Shown here in pieces: positions 23,234 to 32,462 of a stretch of DNA of 47,437 bases. The stretch is from a virus. Within the stretch, counting starts at the first letter, position 1. Every line of letters begins with the position of its first letter. The notes beneath the pieces were generated by a model. The model was given only the letters and a program-made list of their open reading frames with translations, was not told where the DNA came from and did no database searches. A program made the position numbers and the translations under genes. The DNA lies in the IMG/VR virus record IMGVR_UViG_3300028454_000165; one strand, given 5' to 3'.

Positions 23234-24886
23234 ATGGCAAATATCATTGATAAAGTAATAAGAGCCGTGGCACCGATCCATGCGGCTAAAAGGGAATATG
23301 CAAGAGCAACCCTTTCTTTCGTGGACTCCGGTTACGGAAATTACGGCGCAAACCAGACTAAAAAGAGTATGCGTGGCTGGATGTATGGCGGCGGAAGCGC
23401 AAAAGAAGATATTGAAGATAATGTAGACGTATTAAGACAAAGAAGCCGTGACGCCTACATGGGTATACCGGTAGCGACAGCAGCGCTTAAGACACTGCGA
23501 ACAAACGTAGTCGCCGGAGGACTTATGCCGGCCCCACAGATAGATGCGGAGTTTTTAGGTATTACAGACGATGAAGCGGAGAAATTACAGAAACAGATCA
23601 TCAGGGAGTTTGCTTTATGGGCTGACACGCCGGTATGTGATGCTGAAAGAATAGACAATTTCTATATGCTCCAGCAACTCGCATTCTTCTCTTATCTGAT
23701 GAACGGAGATGCGATTGTGCTACTTCCGGTAAAAGAGACCATCGGACAGCCGTACAGTTTAAGAATACGGCTTATAGAAGCAGACAGGATATCCAGCCCG
23801 GATGGTTACGACAGGTTAGCGCCCTGCGATGTTGACGGACACCATGTAGAACAGATAGTCCAGGGAGTAGAAACCGACAAAGATGGTATGGTGATAGCAT
23901 ACTGGATATGTAACCGACACCCGCTCTCAAGTACATTTAATATAACCGCACCTGCAAAGTGGGTGAGAGTAGAAGCTTACGGTTCCATGACGGGACGAAG
24001 AAACGTATTGCACGTTATGAACAGAGAACGAGTTGGGCAGAAGCGAGGAGTACCAATCCTCGCCCCGGTACTTGAATCTTTGAAACAACTGGGACGTTAT
24101 ACGGATGCAGAGATAACGGCAGCAGTGCTAAGTGCAATGTTTACCGTGTTTGTTCAATCGCAGACAGCTGATGACGGACGGCCATTCGGCGAGATGTTAC
24201 CGCCGCAGGAGTTAATAGATCAGGCAGACCAGAGCAGCATCGAGCTGGGACCGGGTGCCATAGTATCTCTTAACCCGGGCGAAGAGGTGCAGTTCGCAGA
24301 TCCTAAACACCCGAGCACAGGGTTTGATAATTTCACAGATGCGATGATCAAGCAGATCGGGGCAGCCTTAGAAATCCCGCCGGAAGTATTATTTAAGCAG
24401 TTCGTATCATCCTATTCAGCTGCACGAGGCGCACTGAATGAGTTCTGGAGAAGCTGCCAGATGCAAAGAGATTGGTTCACAGATGACTTCTGCGCACCTA
24501 TTTATGAAGAATGGTTTACGGAAGCAGTAGCCAGAGGCAGAATCAATGCGCCAGGGTTCTTTGCAGACCCGGCGATTAAAAAAGCATATACGACTTGCAG
24601 CTGGAATGGACCGGCACGTACGAACCTTAATCCGGTGCATGAAGTAGAAGCGGCGACTAAGAGAGTCGAGGCAGGATTCAGTACCGCTCAGGAAGAGACA
24701 GCATCGATGACGGGTGGAGATTACAACAGAAATATCCGTCAGAGAGTTATCGAAGCTAAGCTGAAAAAGGAAGTTGACGACATTATCAATCCGCCGGAAA
24801 AGGCCCAGTCAGCACCGCAGCCACAACCGATACAAAGACCACCGGCACCGGATCCGGAAGAGCCGGAGAGACAAAGGAGGATGTAA
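23234..24886 (+). CDS. Portal protein (lambda gpB family)
   Basis: 550 aa; called from size and synteny. Confidence 0.8.
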   Translation: MANIIDKVIRAVAPIHAAKREYARATLSFVDSGYGNYGANQTKKSMRGWMYGGGSAKEDIEDNVDVLRQRSRDAYMGIPVATAALKTLRTNVVAGGLMPAPQIDAEFLGITDDEAEKLQKQIIREFALWADTPVCDAERIDNFYMLQQLAFFSYLMNGDAIVLLPVKETIGQPYSLRIRLIEADRISSPDGYDRLAPCDVDGHHVEQIVQGVETDKDGMVIAYWICNRHPLSSTFNITAPAKWVRVEAYGSMTGRRNVLHVMNRERVGQKRGVPILAPVLESLKQLGRYTDAEITAAVLSAMFTVFVQSQTADDGRPFGEMLPPQELIDQADQSSIELGPGAIVSLNPGEEVQFADPKHPSTGFDNFTDAMIKQIGAALEIPPEVLFKQFVSSYSAARGALNEFWRSCQMQRDWFTDDFCAPIYEEWFTEAVARGRINAPGFFADPAIKKAYTTCSWNGPARTNLNPVHEVEAATKRVEAGFSTAQEETASMTGGDYNRNIRQRVIEAKLKKEVDDIINPPEKAQSAPQPQPIQRPPAPDPEEPERQRRM

Positions 24887-24887
24887 A

Positions 24888-26024
24888 ATGCCAAAACCAA
24901 AAGCAAAGAAGTTCTGGCAGTTCCGCAATCAGACAGCTGACAGTGCGGAACTGCTTTTATATGGCGACATATCAGATACAAGCTGGTGGGGAGATGAAGT
25001 AACCCCTAAACAGTTTGCAGATGAGCTGAACGCCCTGGGAGATGTACAGGAGATAACGGTACGTATTAATTCCGGGGGCGGAGATGTGTTCGCCGCAACA
25101 GCAATAGGTAATATGTTAGAGCAGTGCAAGGCTAACGTAATAGCTAAGATAGACGGACTGTGCGCCAGTGCCGCCACCATAATAGCTTGTCACTGCTCTA
25201 AAGTTATAGCAGCAAATGACAGTACATATATGATCCATCCCGTAAAGATGGGATTGTTTGGTTATGCAGACGCAACAACGATTCAGCAGTACCTTGACGC
25301 ATTATCAGCAATCAGGGAGAACATTATCACCCTGTATGCAAAGAAAACAGGACGCGATAAAGAAGAGGTTGCGGAGCAGATGGACAACACAAGCTGGTTT
25401 ACCGGAGCAGAGGCAAAGGCTAACGGCTATGTGGATGAACTTATTGACGACGAAGAGGACGAAGCAGTTATTGAAAACCGTGGCGGTTTACTCTTCGTAA
25501 ACAGCATCGAGACAAGCATACCGTTTGACGATGCGCCCAAATTCGTACAGGACAATGCGGCAGCAGCCCCCGCCGCCGATTGTGTTGTAAATACAAACCC
25601 GGACAATGAGCCGGTAGACACTACAAACAGACAGGAGGACAAGAGCATGGACAACATTAAAACCGTGGACGACCTGCGACAGTCATACCCGGAACTGGTT
25701 GGACAGATCGAGGCGGCGGCAGCAGAAAAGGCAGCTAACATCGAACGCCAGAGAATCAAGGACATTGAAGAAATGTGCGTAGCCGGTTCAGAAGACTTCG
25801 CTAATAAGGCAAAGTACGAGAAGCCAATTAATGCGTCAGAGTTTGCTATGGAGCTTATTAAAAACGCCAAGGCAGCAGAAAACAACGCTAAGAACGCATT
25901 TATCAGTGGCATAGCGCAGGACATTTCAGACAGCGGCATGGAAGAAGTAGCGCAGGAAGCTACAGATAGCCAGCAGCAGGATGAATTTATGGATGCACTG
26001 CATACAGTAGCACAGAACAAGTAA
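24888..26024 (+). CDS. Head maturation protease (ClpP/S49-like) fused to a scaffold-like C-terminus
   Basis: Start trimmed to MPKPKAKKFW. INSGGGDVFAA and GLCASAAT are ClpP/SppA motifs. The C-terminus is Ala/Glu-rich. Confidence 0.8.
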   Translation: MPKPKAKKFWQFRNQTADSAELLLYGDISDTSWWGDEVTPKQFADELNALGDVQEITVRINSGGGDVFAATAIGNMLEQCKANVIAKIDGLCASAATIIACHCSKVIAANDSTYMIHPVKMGLFGYADATTIQQYLDALSAIRENIITLYAKKTGRDKEEVAEQMDNTSWFTGAEAKANGYVDELIDDEEDEAVIENRGGLLFVNSIETSIPFDDAPKFVQDNAAAAPAADCVVNTNPDNEPVDTTNRQEDKSMDNIKTVDDLRQSYPELVGQIEAAAAEKAANIERQRIKDIEEMCVAGSEDFANKAKYEKPINASEFAMELIKNAKAAENNAKNAFISGIAQDISDSGMEEVAQEATDSQQQDEFMDALHTVAQNK

Positions 26025-26039
26025 AGGAGGAACATAACC

Positions 26040-26387
26040 ATGAGTATGGACTTAGCAAGACAGGATTTTGCAATGACACCTGATTATTTGCTTGCCGGTA
26101 CAACTATCCCGGTAATTACAGCAGTAAAGACCGCAGCATCAGCACTTGCAGCAGGCGCACCCGTTAAGCTGAATAGCTCAGGCAAAGCTGCAAAGGTAAC
26201 AGAATCAAGTGGAACCGTATCAGTCGAAGGATTATACGGAATCGCAGCAGACAGCGCAAAGCAGAATGAGGACGTTACAATATATCTTACAGGCGAGTTT
26301 TTTGCAGATAAATTAGCCTACGAAGAGAACGTAACCGCAGCAGATGTAGAGGTTGCTTTCCGCAACATCGGAATCTTTTTAAAGTAA
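26040..26387 (+). CDS. Head decoration protein (gpD-like)
   Basis: 115 aa, immediately upstream of the major capsid gene. Confidence 0.6.
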   Translation: MSMDLARQDFAMTPDYLLAGTTIPVITAVKTAASALAAGAPVKLNSSGKAAKVTESSGTVSVEGLYGIAADSAKQNEDVTIYLTGEFFADKLAYEENVTAADVEVAFRNIGIFLK

Positions 26388-26407
26388 TCAAAGGAGGGAA
26401 TTAGACA

Positions 26408-27460
26408 ATGCCAAACGAAGTAAACATTTACACACCAAGGTATTTAGCCGAGGTAGTAAGAATAGCCCCGCCGGTACACACTTTTTTCCGCGATAAGTTC
26501 TTCACCAATGTTAAGCCTTTCGCGACAGAGAGAGTAGACATTGATATCAAGAAGGGTGATCGCCGCATGGCAGCTTTCGTACATCCCAGAAGCGGCGGCA
26601 AGGTACTTAGAGATGCAGGATTCACAACAGAGAGCTATAAGCCGCCCCTGGTAAATCCTTATGACGTTACTACAGCAGATCAGCTCATGAGCAGACTTCC
26701 TGGAGAAGAGTTATACAGCGGAATGACACCTGCACAGAGGGCAGCACAGAAACTTACAGACGAGTACAACAGACTTAACGATGCTACCACACGTCGCGAA
26801 GAGTGGATGGCAGTACAGGCTATCGTAACAGGACAGATCCCCGTAGTAGGCGAGGGAGTTAATGAAGTAATCGACTTTAACTTCACAAATACAGTTACCC
26901 TTACAGGTAATAATAAGTGGGGCGGCACTTCCGCAAAGATCCTCGATAACCTTGAAGACTGGGTAGACACTACACTCCGGAACGGATTTACAAACGTAGA
27001 TATGGCGATCATGGGTAAGAGCGCGCTCCGTGCCTTCTTAGCAGATGCCGACGTTCAGAAGGTACTTGACAACAGACGTATTGACATGGGACTTATTCAG
27101 CCTAAAGACCTTCCCAATGGAGTGCGTTATATCGGGCACCTTAACAAGCCTAACATCGACATTTACGAGTATGCAGAAGTATATTATGACGACTGGACAG
27201 ATCCTTCAAATCCGGCCACATTACCTCTTATCCCGGATAACAAAGTCGTTCTTATTTCTTCACAGCCTAACTTTATGATGGCTTATGGAGCTTGCACATA
27301 TATTGACGACGAATCAAAGAACTGGGTGACTGCACAGACAGCAAGATTGCTTAGATCATATATCGAGCATCACCCCGACAGAAGGATGATCGAGGTTCAG
27401 GCACATCCGCTTCCGGTACCCGACAAGGCGGATTCCTGGTTAGTAGCAACAGTATTATAG
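26408..27460 (+). CDS. Major capsid protein (lambda gpE family)
   Basis: 350 aa; called from synteny. A terminator follows. Confidence 0.8.
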   Translation: MPNEVNIYTPRYLAEVVRIAPPVHTFFRDKFFTNVKPFATERVDIDIKKGDRRMAAFVHPRSGGKVLRDAGFTTESYKPPLVNPYDVTTADQLMSRLPGEELYSGMTPAQRAAQKLTDEYNRLNDATTRREEWMAVQAIVTGQIPVVGEGVNEVIDFNFTNTVTLTGNNKWGGTSAKILDNLEDWVDTTLRNGFTNVDMAIMGKSALRAFLADADVQKVLDNRRIDMGLIQPKDLPNGVRYIGHLNKPNIDIYEYAEVYYDDWTDPSNPATLPLIPDNKVVLISSQPNFMMAYGACTYIDDESKNWVTAQTARLLRSYIEHHPDRRMIEVQAHPLPVPDKADSWLVATVL

Positions 27461-27485
27461 GATCCTTTCCTTATTTTTTTTCAAA

Positions 27486-27518
27486 GCCCTGCCCGGTAAA
27501 CCTGGGCGGGGCAATTTT
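27486..27518 (+). terminator. Rho-independent terminator after the capsid gene
   Basis: 11-bp GC-rich stem GCCCTGCCCGG-uaaac-CTGGGCGGGGC, followed by AATTTT. Confidence 0.6.
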
Positions 27519-27531
27519 GACGGAGGCACTT

Positions 27532-27948
27532 ATGGCACTGATCGAATACAATCAGATCTACGGAGAAGAAAGAGAGTTAGAAGACTTTCCTCTGCCGACA
27601 TTCAAAGAGTATGCGGCAGCAGACATCGACCTCACTTTTTTCGACGGCGACGAACACGCAGAATTGCATAAAGTAGACGGCACAGAGTACCTTGTCATTA
27701 TTGAAGAGGATGATGTTAGGCAACACGCAGCGCATTGGGAAGCCGGAGCAAAGCAAAACTTTGACATGGGCTTATACAATGCGCACACGATACTGTATAT
27801 CAAAGCAAAGGACTACGGCCCGAAGCCGAAAGTAGGTAAATACCTTGTACTGGACGAGGGAACAGACCACAAGCGCACCTACAAGATACTTCACTGCGAA
27901 GACGATGCGGGAGTATACCGCATGACTATGGAGAGGGTAAGACAGTAA
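27532..27948 (+). CDS. Head-tail connector / virion hypothetical protein
   Basis: Start MALIEYNQ after GGAGG. Called from its position. Confidence 0.4.
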   Translation: MALIEYNQIYGEERELEDFPLPTFKEYAAADIDLTFFDGDEHAELHKVDGTEYLVIIEEDDVRQHAAHWEAGAKQNFDMGLYNAHTILYIKAKDYGPKPKVGKYLVLDEGTDHKRTYKILHCEDDAGVYRMTMERVRQ

Positions 27949-28643
27949 TGGCAGGTAATGTAACTTACAATGGCGAAAATCTTACGATCACCGTAGACGG
28001 AGCAGAAGAAGTATCACAGGCTTTAGGGGACCTTAAGAATAAAACCCCAGCGGCGATCAAGGTTGCTATCAACGCCACGGCGAGAGAAGCAAGGAAGCTA
28101 ATGATTGCCAAGGCAAAAGCCCGGTATGCTGTTAATGCAGCAGGGCAAAAGCACCTTAAGGAGCTTGTTCAGAAAAAGAAAGCCAGCAATACAAGTTTAT
28201 GGGCGACATTACACATAGCAAGCATGAGAAATGACCTTGCATATTTTAAGTATTCGCCCAAGGGAGTTTACACCGGACCGGCGGCAATAGCCAGGGCCGG
28301 GAAGGTAACAAAGGGTAAAGTTCTTAAAGCTAACCCCATGAAGCCTTTAACCGGGTCCGTAAGGCTTAGTAAAGGCTTTGTGCTTGAATTTAAGTCTGGA
28401 CACGTCGGCATGGTACAAAGAATCGAAGGATCAGACATAGGGGAGAAAAGAACCGTAAAGAGCGGTAAGCCGAGATGGAAGACCAACGGCAGAGTTGAAA
28501 AGCTAATGACAATGGGTAGTCCGTCGGCATCAGCTATGCACAGTACCATATGGCCGGATGTAGAGCCGAAAGTTGAAGAGTTTTTAGCAAAGAGGCTTGA
28601 CGAACAGGTAGATAAAGTGCTTGCAAGGGCAGGAAGGATATAA
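27948..28643 (+). CDS. Virion neck protein, possibly HK97 gp10-like
   Basis: 231 aa. Called from position and weak N-terminal resemblance. Confidence 0.35.
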   Translation: MAGNVTYNGENLTITVDGAEEVSQALGDLKNKTPAAIKVAINATAREARKLMIAKAKARYAVNAAGQKHLKELVQKKKASNTSLWATLHIASMRNDLAYFKYSPKGVYTGPAAIARAGKVTKGKVLKANPMKPLTGSVRLSKGFVLEFKSGHVGMVQRIEGSDIGEKRTVKSGKPRWKTNGRVEKLMTMGSPSASAMHSTIWPDVEPKVEEFLAKRLDEQVDKVLARAGRI

Positions 28644-28646
28644 GAC

Positions 28647-29174
28647 ATGAGAGATTATCTTACTTCGGTTGAACAGGCAAACATAGGCAGAACGCCGGAG
28701 CTGTGTCAGGACGCACTCATCGAAATGCTTAAAGAGCTATTTAAAGATAGAAAGTTCATAGGGCAGCAGGGTAAGAAACCATTGACGTTTTACAAGCAAG
28801 ACCTTCCGGTCCCGGAAGATAACGACGTTGACGCAGATACCAACGACGCACCAGCACCGTATATCGTAGTTCAAATGACAGGCGGCCAGATCAAGGACGA
28901 CGACAGCCCACAGATAGTAGATTTCAGTATTATCATATGTTGCTATGACACCGGAAAAGCCCGCGAGGGCTATTTCGATGTAGTGAACATTAAAGAGACT
29001 ATCATACAGCAAATATGCACACATCCGTATTTTGGGGGTGCATTTACTATATTAAAACCCGTCACATGGGCTATGCAGGTAGACGACACGGCGCCGTATT
29101 ATTTCGGAGCGGTAACACTTATCTGCACGGCACCGGCTATGACACAGGACACAGCACTATCAGAGCTACTATAA
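28647..29174 (+). CDS. Tail completion / terminator-like hypothetical protein
   Basis: 175 aa; called from position. Confidence 0.35.
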   Translation: MRDYLTSVEQANIGRTPELCQDALIEMLKELFKDRKFIGQQGKKPLTFYKQDLPVPEDNDVDADTNDAPAPYIVVQMTGGQIKDDDSPQIVDFSIIICCYDTGKAREGYFDVVNIKETIIQQICTHPYFGGAFTILKPVTWAMQVDDTAPYYFGAVTLICTAPAMTQDTALSELL

Positions 29175-29185
29175 GGAGCGAAGAC

Positions 29186-29506
29186 ATGAGTAAAAAGACC
29201 ACGAGTAAAGATACGCCGGCAGTTAAGACAGAGGCAAAGGTTGAGGAAAAGCCTGTGTCAAAAGTAGGACAGGCGGCAGCAGGGCCGGTAGTTTATTGCG
29301 GCCCAAGTGTACGCGGCGTAGTTCGTCAGTACACCGTATTCACGGGTGATCTTCCTGATATGCTTAAGGACTTTGTAAAAGATCATCCATTGGCAGCTTC
29401 CCTTATCGTATCGACAGAGAAATTTGCGGAGATGCGCAAGAAGTTAGAAACCGCTGGTACAGCGGAGGCGATATTATACAGACAGCTTAAGTCTGAATTT
29501 CAATAA
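29186..29506 (+). CDS. Hypothetical virion protein
   Basis: Start trimmed to MSKKTTSKD after AAGGAG. Confidence 0.4.
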   Translation: MSKKTTSKDTPAVKTEAKVEEKPVSKVGQAAAGPVVYCGPSVRGVVRQYTVFTGDLPDMLKDFVKDHPLAASLIVSTEKFAEMRKKLETAGTAEAILYRQLKSEFQ

Positions 29507-29522
29507 CAGGAGGTAAATAAGC

Positions 29523-30995
29523 ATGAGCAGCACTTACAAGCATGGCGTGTACACCAGTGAAGTACCAACAAGTATGATCGCGCCCATCTTAGGCACGGCA
29601 GGATTGCAGGTTATCGTAGGTACAGCACCGGTTAATATGCTGGGAGAAAATTTTGCCGACGCAGTTAATAAGCCTATTCTGGCTAATAATTACGCAGAAG
29701 CAGTACAGGCGGTAGGGTTTAGTAATGATTTTGCAAAATACACACTTTGCGAAGCTATTGCGGCCACATTCCAGGTAGTAGGTACCGGCCCTGTAGTACT
29801 TATCAACGTACTTGACCCGTCAAAGACAGGACACAAGACAGCGTTAACAGGAGGAACAATCCAGGTTAACAGCAATGTAGCTGTATTAGAGGAAGTAGGC
29901 TTAATCATTGATTCAGCCCTTACAGTAACAATCCCCGGAGAAACACCCGAAACCCTCGTAAGAGGCGAAGATTACATTGTACAGTTTAACAATGACGGCA
30001 CAGCAAACTTTATCATGGTATCAGCAGCAGCACAGGCAGCTACAAACATTACTGTAGCAGGTAATAAGGTTAACCCGGCAGCAGTTACCGCAGTCGATAT
30101 CGTAGGCGGTGTAGATACCACAACAGGCGCAGAGAGCGGACTTGAAGTAATCCGCCAGATCTTCCCGAAGTTCAACATGACACCGGGAATCCTTATTGCA
30201 CCTAGATTTTCAAAGAACGCTACAGTTTCCGCGGCATTACAGGCTAAGACAAAGGAAATCAACGGCGTATTCAAGTGCGTAACGATCATAGACATTGATT
30301 CAAGCGCAACAGGAGCAAAGAAGTATACAGACGTTAAGACCAAGAAGGAAGCACAGGCAGTTTCCGACGCAAACGCTTACGCAGTATGGCCCTTTGCAGC
30401 AGTAGGCGAGACTGTATATTCCGGTTCTTCCATGGCAGCAGCATTAACAGCCTATACTGATGCTGTCAACGACGATACACCGAACGTATCACCTTCCAAC
30501 AAGACTGTTCCTATTTCAAAGGCAGTGCTTGAAGATGGTACAGAGGTTATTTTAGATCAGGACCAGGCAAATACGATCAACAGCTTCGGAGTAGCTACAT
30601 GGCTTAATATGAACGGCTTTAGACTTTGGGGCAACAATACAGCAGCTTATCCGGGAACAACTGATCCCAAGGATAGATGGTTTAGTGTTCGCAGATTCCT
30701 TTCCTGGGCCGCAAATACATTTATCCTTACCTACTTCCAGAAGGTAGACAGCCCGGCTAATAAGCGCCTTATTGAATCAATCGTAGATTCAGAGAATGTT
30801 CGCGGCAACGGCTTCGTAGCGCGTGACATTTGTGCAAGATACGAGATCGTATTCAATGAAGATGAGAACCCGACAACTGACTTGCTTAACGGCAAGCTGA
30901 CATTCCACCAGTACATCACACCGTACACACCGGCAGAATATATCGAGGATGTCATTGAGTTTGACCCGAACGCACTGCCAAACGCTTTAAGTTAA
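29523..30995 (+). CDS. Tail sheath protein
   Basis: 490 aa, followed by tube, chaperones and tape-measure protein. Confidence 0.8.
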   Translation: MSSTYKHGVYTSEVPTSMIAPILGTAGLQVIVGTAPVNMLGENFADAVNKPILANNYAEAVQAVGFSNDFAKYTLCEAIAATFQVVGTGPVVLINVLDPSKTGHKTALTGGTIQVNSNVAVLEEVGLIIDSALTVTIPGETPETLVRGEDYIVQFNNDGTANFIMVSAAAQAATNITVAGNKVNPAAVTAVDIVGGVDTTTGAESGLEVIRQIFPKFNMTPGILIAPRFSKNATVSAALQAKTKEINGVFKCVTIIDIDSSATGAKKYTDVKTKKEAQAVSDANAYAVWPFAAVGETVYSGSSMAAALTAYTDAVNDDTPNVSPSNKTVPISKAVLEDGTEVILDQDQANTINSFGVATWLNMNGFRLWGNNTAAYPGTTDPKDRWFSVRRFLSWAANTFILTYFQKVDSPANKRLIESIVDSENVRGNGFVARDICARYEIVFNEDENPTTDLLNGKLTFHQYITPYTPAEYIEDVIEFDPNALPNALS

Positions 30996-31014
30996 GGGAA
31001 GGAGGAAATAGGCA

Positions 31015-31539
31015 ATGATTAGTAATAACTATGTACCGGAGAAGATCAACGATGCCAACATTTACCTTAACGGTAATAAGATGATCGGTACCGCAAGTTC
31101 TATCGACCTGCCCGAAGCAGCGCAGAAGACAAGCACCATTTCGGCTATGGGTATTGCCGGAGAAATCGACAGCCCCACAATCGGACTGTTTGAGAGCATG
31201 GAACAGGAGATTCAGTTTAATACACTGTATTCCTCATTCCAGGATATGCTTTCTCCCTTAGAGACTATCAACATTACCATCAGAGCTGCACAGCAGGTTT
31301 ATGATAAGACCGGCGGATATGCTTTCAAAGGTTTAAGAGTAGTCGAGATGGGACGTGTTAAGAAGTTTAAGCCCGGAAAGGTAGAGAAGGGCGAGACCAT
31401 GGAAGCATCTATCACCATCGAGCTTACATACTTACTTGTCGAGAATGACGGCGTAAAGCTGGTAGAGATCGACAAGCTCAACAGCGTATACGTAGCCAAC
31501 GATCAGGACATCTTAGCTGGTTACAGGGATTTAATTTAA
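31015..31539 (+). CDS. Tail tube protein
   Basis: 174 aa; called from synteny. Confidence 0.75.
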   Translation: MISNNYVPEKINDANIYLNGNKMIGTASSIDLPEAAQKTSTISAMGIAGEIDSPTIGLFESMEQEIQFNTLYSSFQDMLSPLETINITIRAAQQVYDKTGGYAFKGLRVVEMGRVKKFKPGKVEKGETMEASITIELTYLLVENDGVKLVEIDKLNSVYVANDQDILAGYRDLI

Positions 31540-31560
31540 TCCCGGCCACACGTAAGCATT

Positions 31561-31600
31561 GCCCCTCGCTCATAGCGGCGGGGGGCGGTGCTTTTTATTG
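31561..31600 (+). terminator. Terminator-like hairpin after the tube gene
   Basis: GCCCCTCGC...GCGGCGGGGGGC stem, followed by GCTTTTTATTGTTTT. Confidence 0.5.
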
Positions 31601-31641
31601 TTTTCATTCACACATTCACACAAAACAGAAGGAGTTTAATT

Positions 31642-32313
31642 ATGGAAGAAGAGAAGAAAAACATTGAAGCAGTCGAAGAGACAGCAGAGAAGATCGAGCC
31701 GGCAGCAGTTGATAAACCTGCCGAGAAAAAGGAAGACAGAGAAGGAATAGTAGAATTTACAAGGCCTTACACATTTGAAGGGCAGACATACACAGAGGTA
31801 GATTTGTCAGGGGTAGAAAACCTTACGATAGGTGATGCTATTGAAGCGCAGTCGAAGTTAGACCAGATTACACAGGTTACGGCAGCGACAACGACAGAGT
31901 TTGCCACGATTATAGCACAGAAAGCAACAGGACTTCCAATAGAGTTTTTCAAGTTTTCGCCCATCCCGGTAGCGCGTAAGATCAGGACTACGATCCTGGG
32001 GATGCTTGCGGATAAAGACGGAAGCGATAAACACGTAATTAAGTTTGATAAACCGTATACATTTGACGGACAGACATACACAGAGCTGGACCTTAACGGA
32101 CTTGCAGATCTTACTTGCATGAATATGAGCGAAGCAGAAAACAGACTTGTCAGAGAGGGATATGGAATCATTGACCCTACAAAGAATTATCTGTACGTAT
32201 GCATCATGGCAAGCGCGGCTACAGGAAAATCAGAAGACTTCATCAAGGGACTTCCGATAGGAGAGCTTTTCAAGTTGGTTAACGAGGTTGGAAGCGACGA
32301 TTTTTTAGAATAA
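31642..32313 (+). CDS. Tail assembly chaperone (zero-frame product) with an internal duplication
   Basis: Start MEEEKKN after GAAGGAG. Duplicated segment PYTFEGQTYTEVDLSG / PYTFDGQTYTELDLNG. Confidence 0.7.
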   Translation: MEEEKKNIEAVEETAEKIEPAAVDKPAEKKEDREGIVEFTRPYTFEGQTYTEVDLSGVENLTIGDAIEAQSKLDQITQVTAATTTEFATIIAQKATGLPIEFFKFSPIPVARKIRTTILGMLADKDGSDKHVIKFDKPYTFDGQTYTELDLNGLADLTCMNMSEAENRLVREGYGIIDPTKNYLYVCIMASAATGKSEDFIKGLPIGELFKLVNEVGSDDFLE

Positions 32314-32462
32314 AAGGCGGAGCCAAGGAATTAAGGCGAGCCGCAATCAGATTATCACAAGCCACCATGACGGGGCTTGATTTTTATTTAAAGATGCCGG
32401 TTAGGGATTTCGTAGAACTTTATGACGAGGTAGCGGACGAATGGCAAAAGATAAAACATTAG
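31642..32462 (+). CDS. Tail assembly chaperone, -1 frameshift extension product (G/GT analogue)
   Basis: Slippery T_TTT_TTA at 32301-32307. The -1 frame stays open from 32307 to the TAG at 32460-32462. Confidence 0.6.

Noticed and set aside
25427-26041. 204-aa minus-strand ORF antisense to the protease/scaffold gene
   Set aside because: It is Ser/Ala-rich and mirrors the Ala/Glu-rich scaffold coding strand. The same applies to the antisense ORFs inside the tape measure gene (for example 33961-34506 and 34642-35013) and inside gpI (40352-40837).
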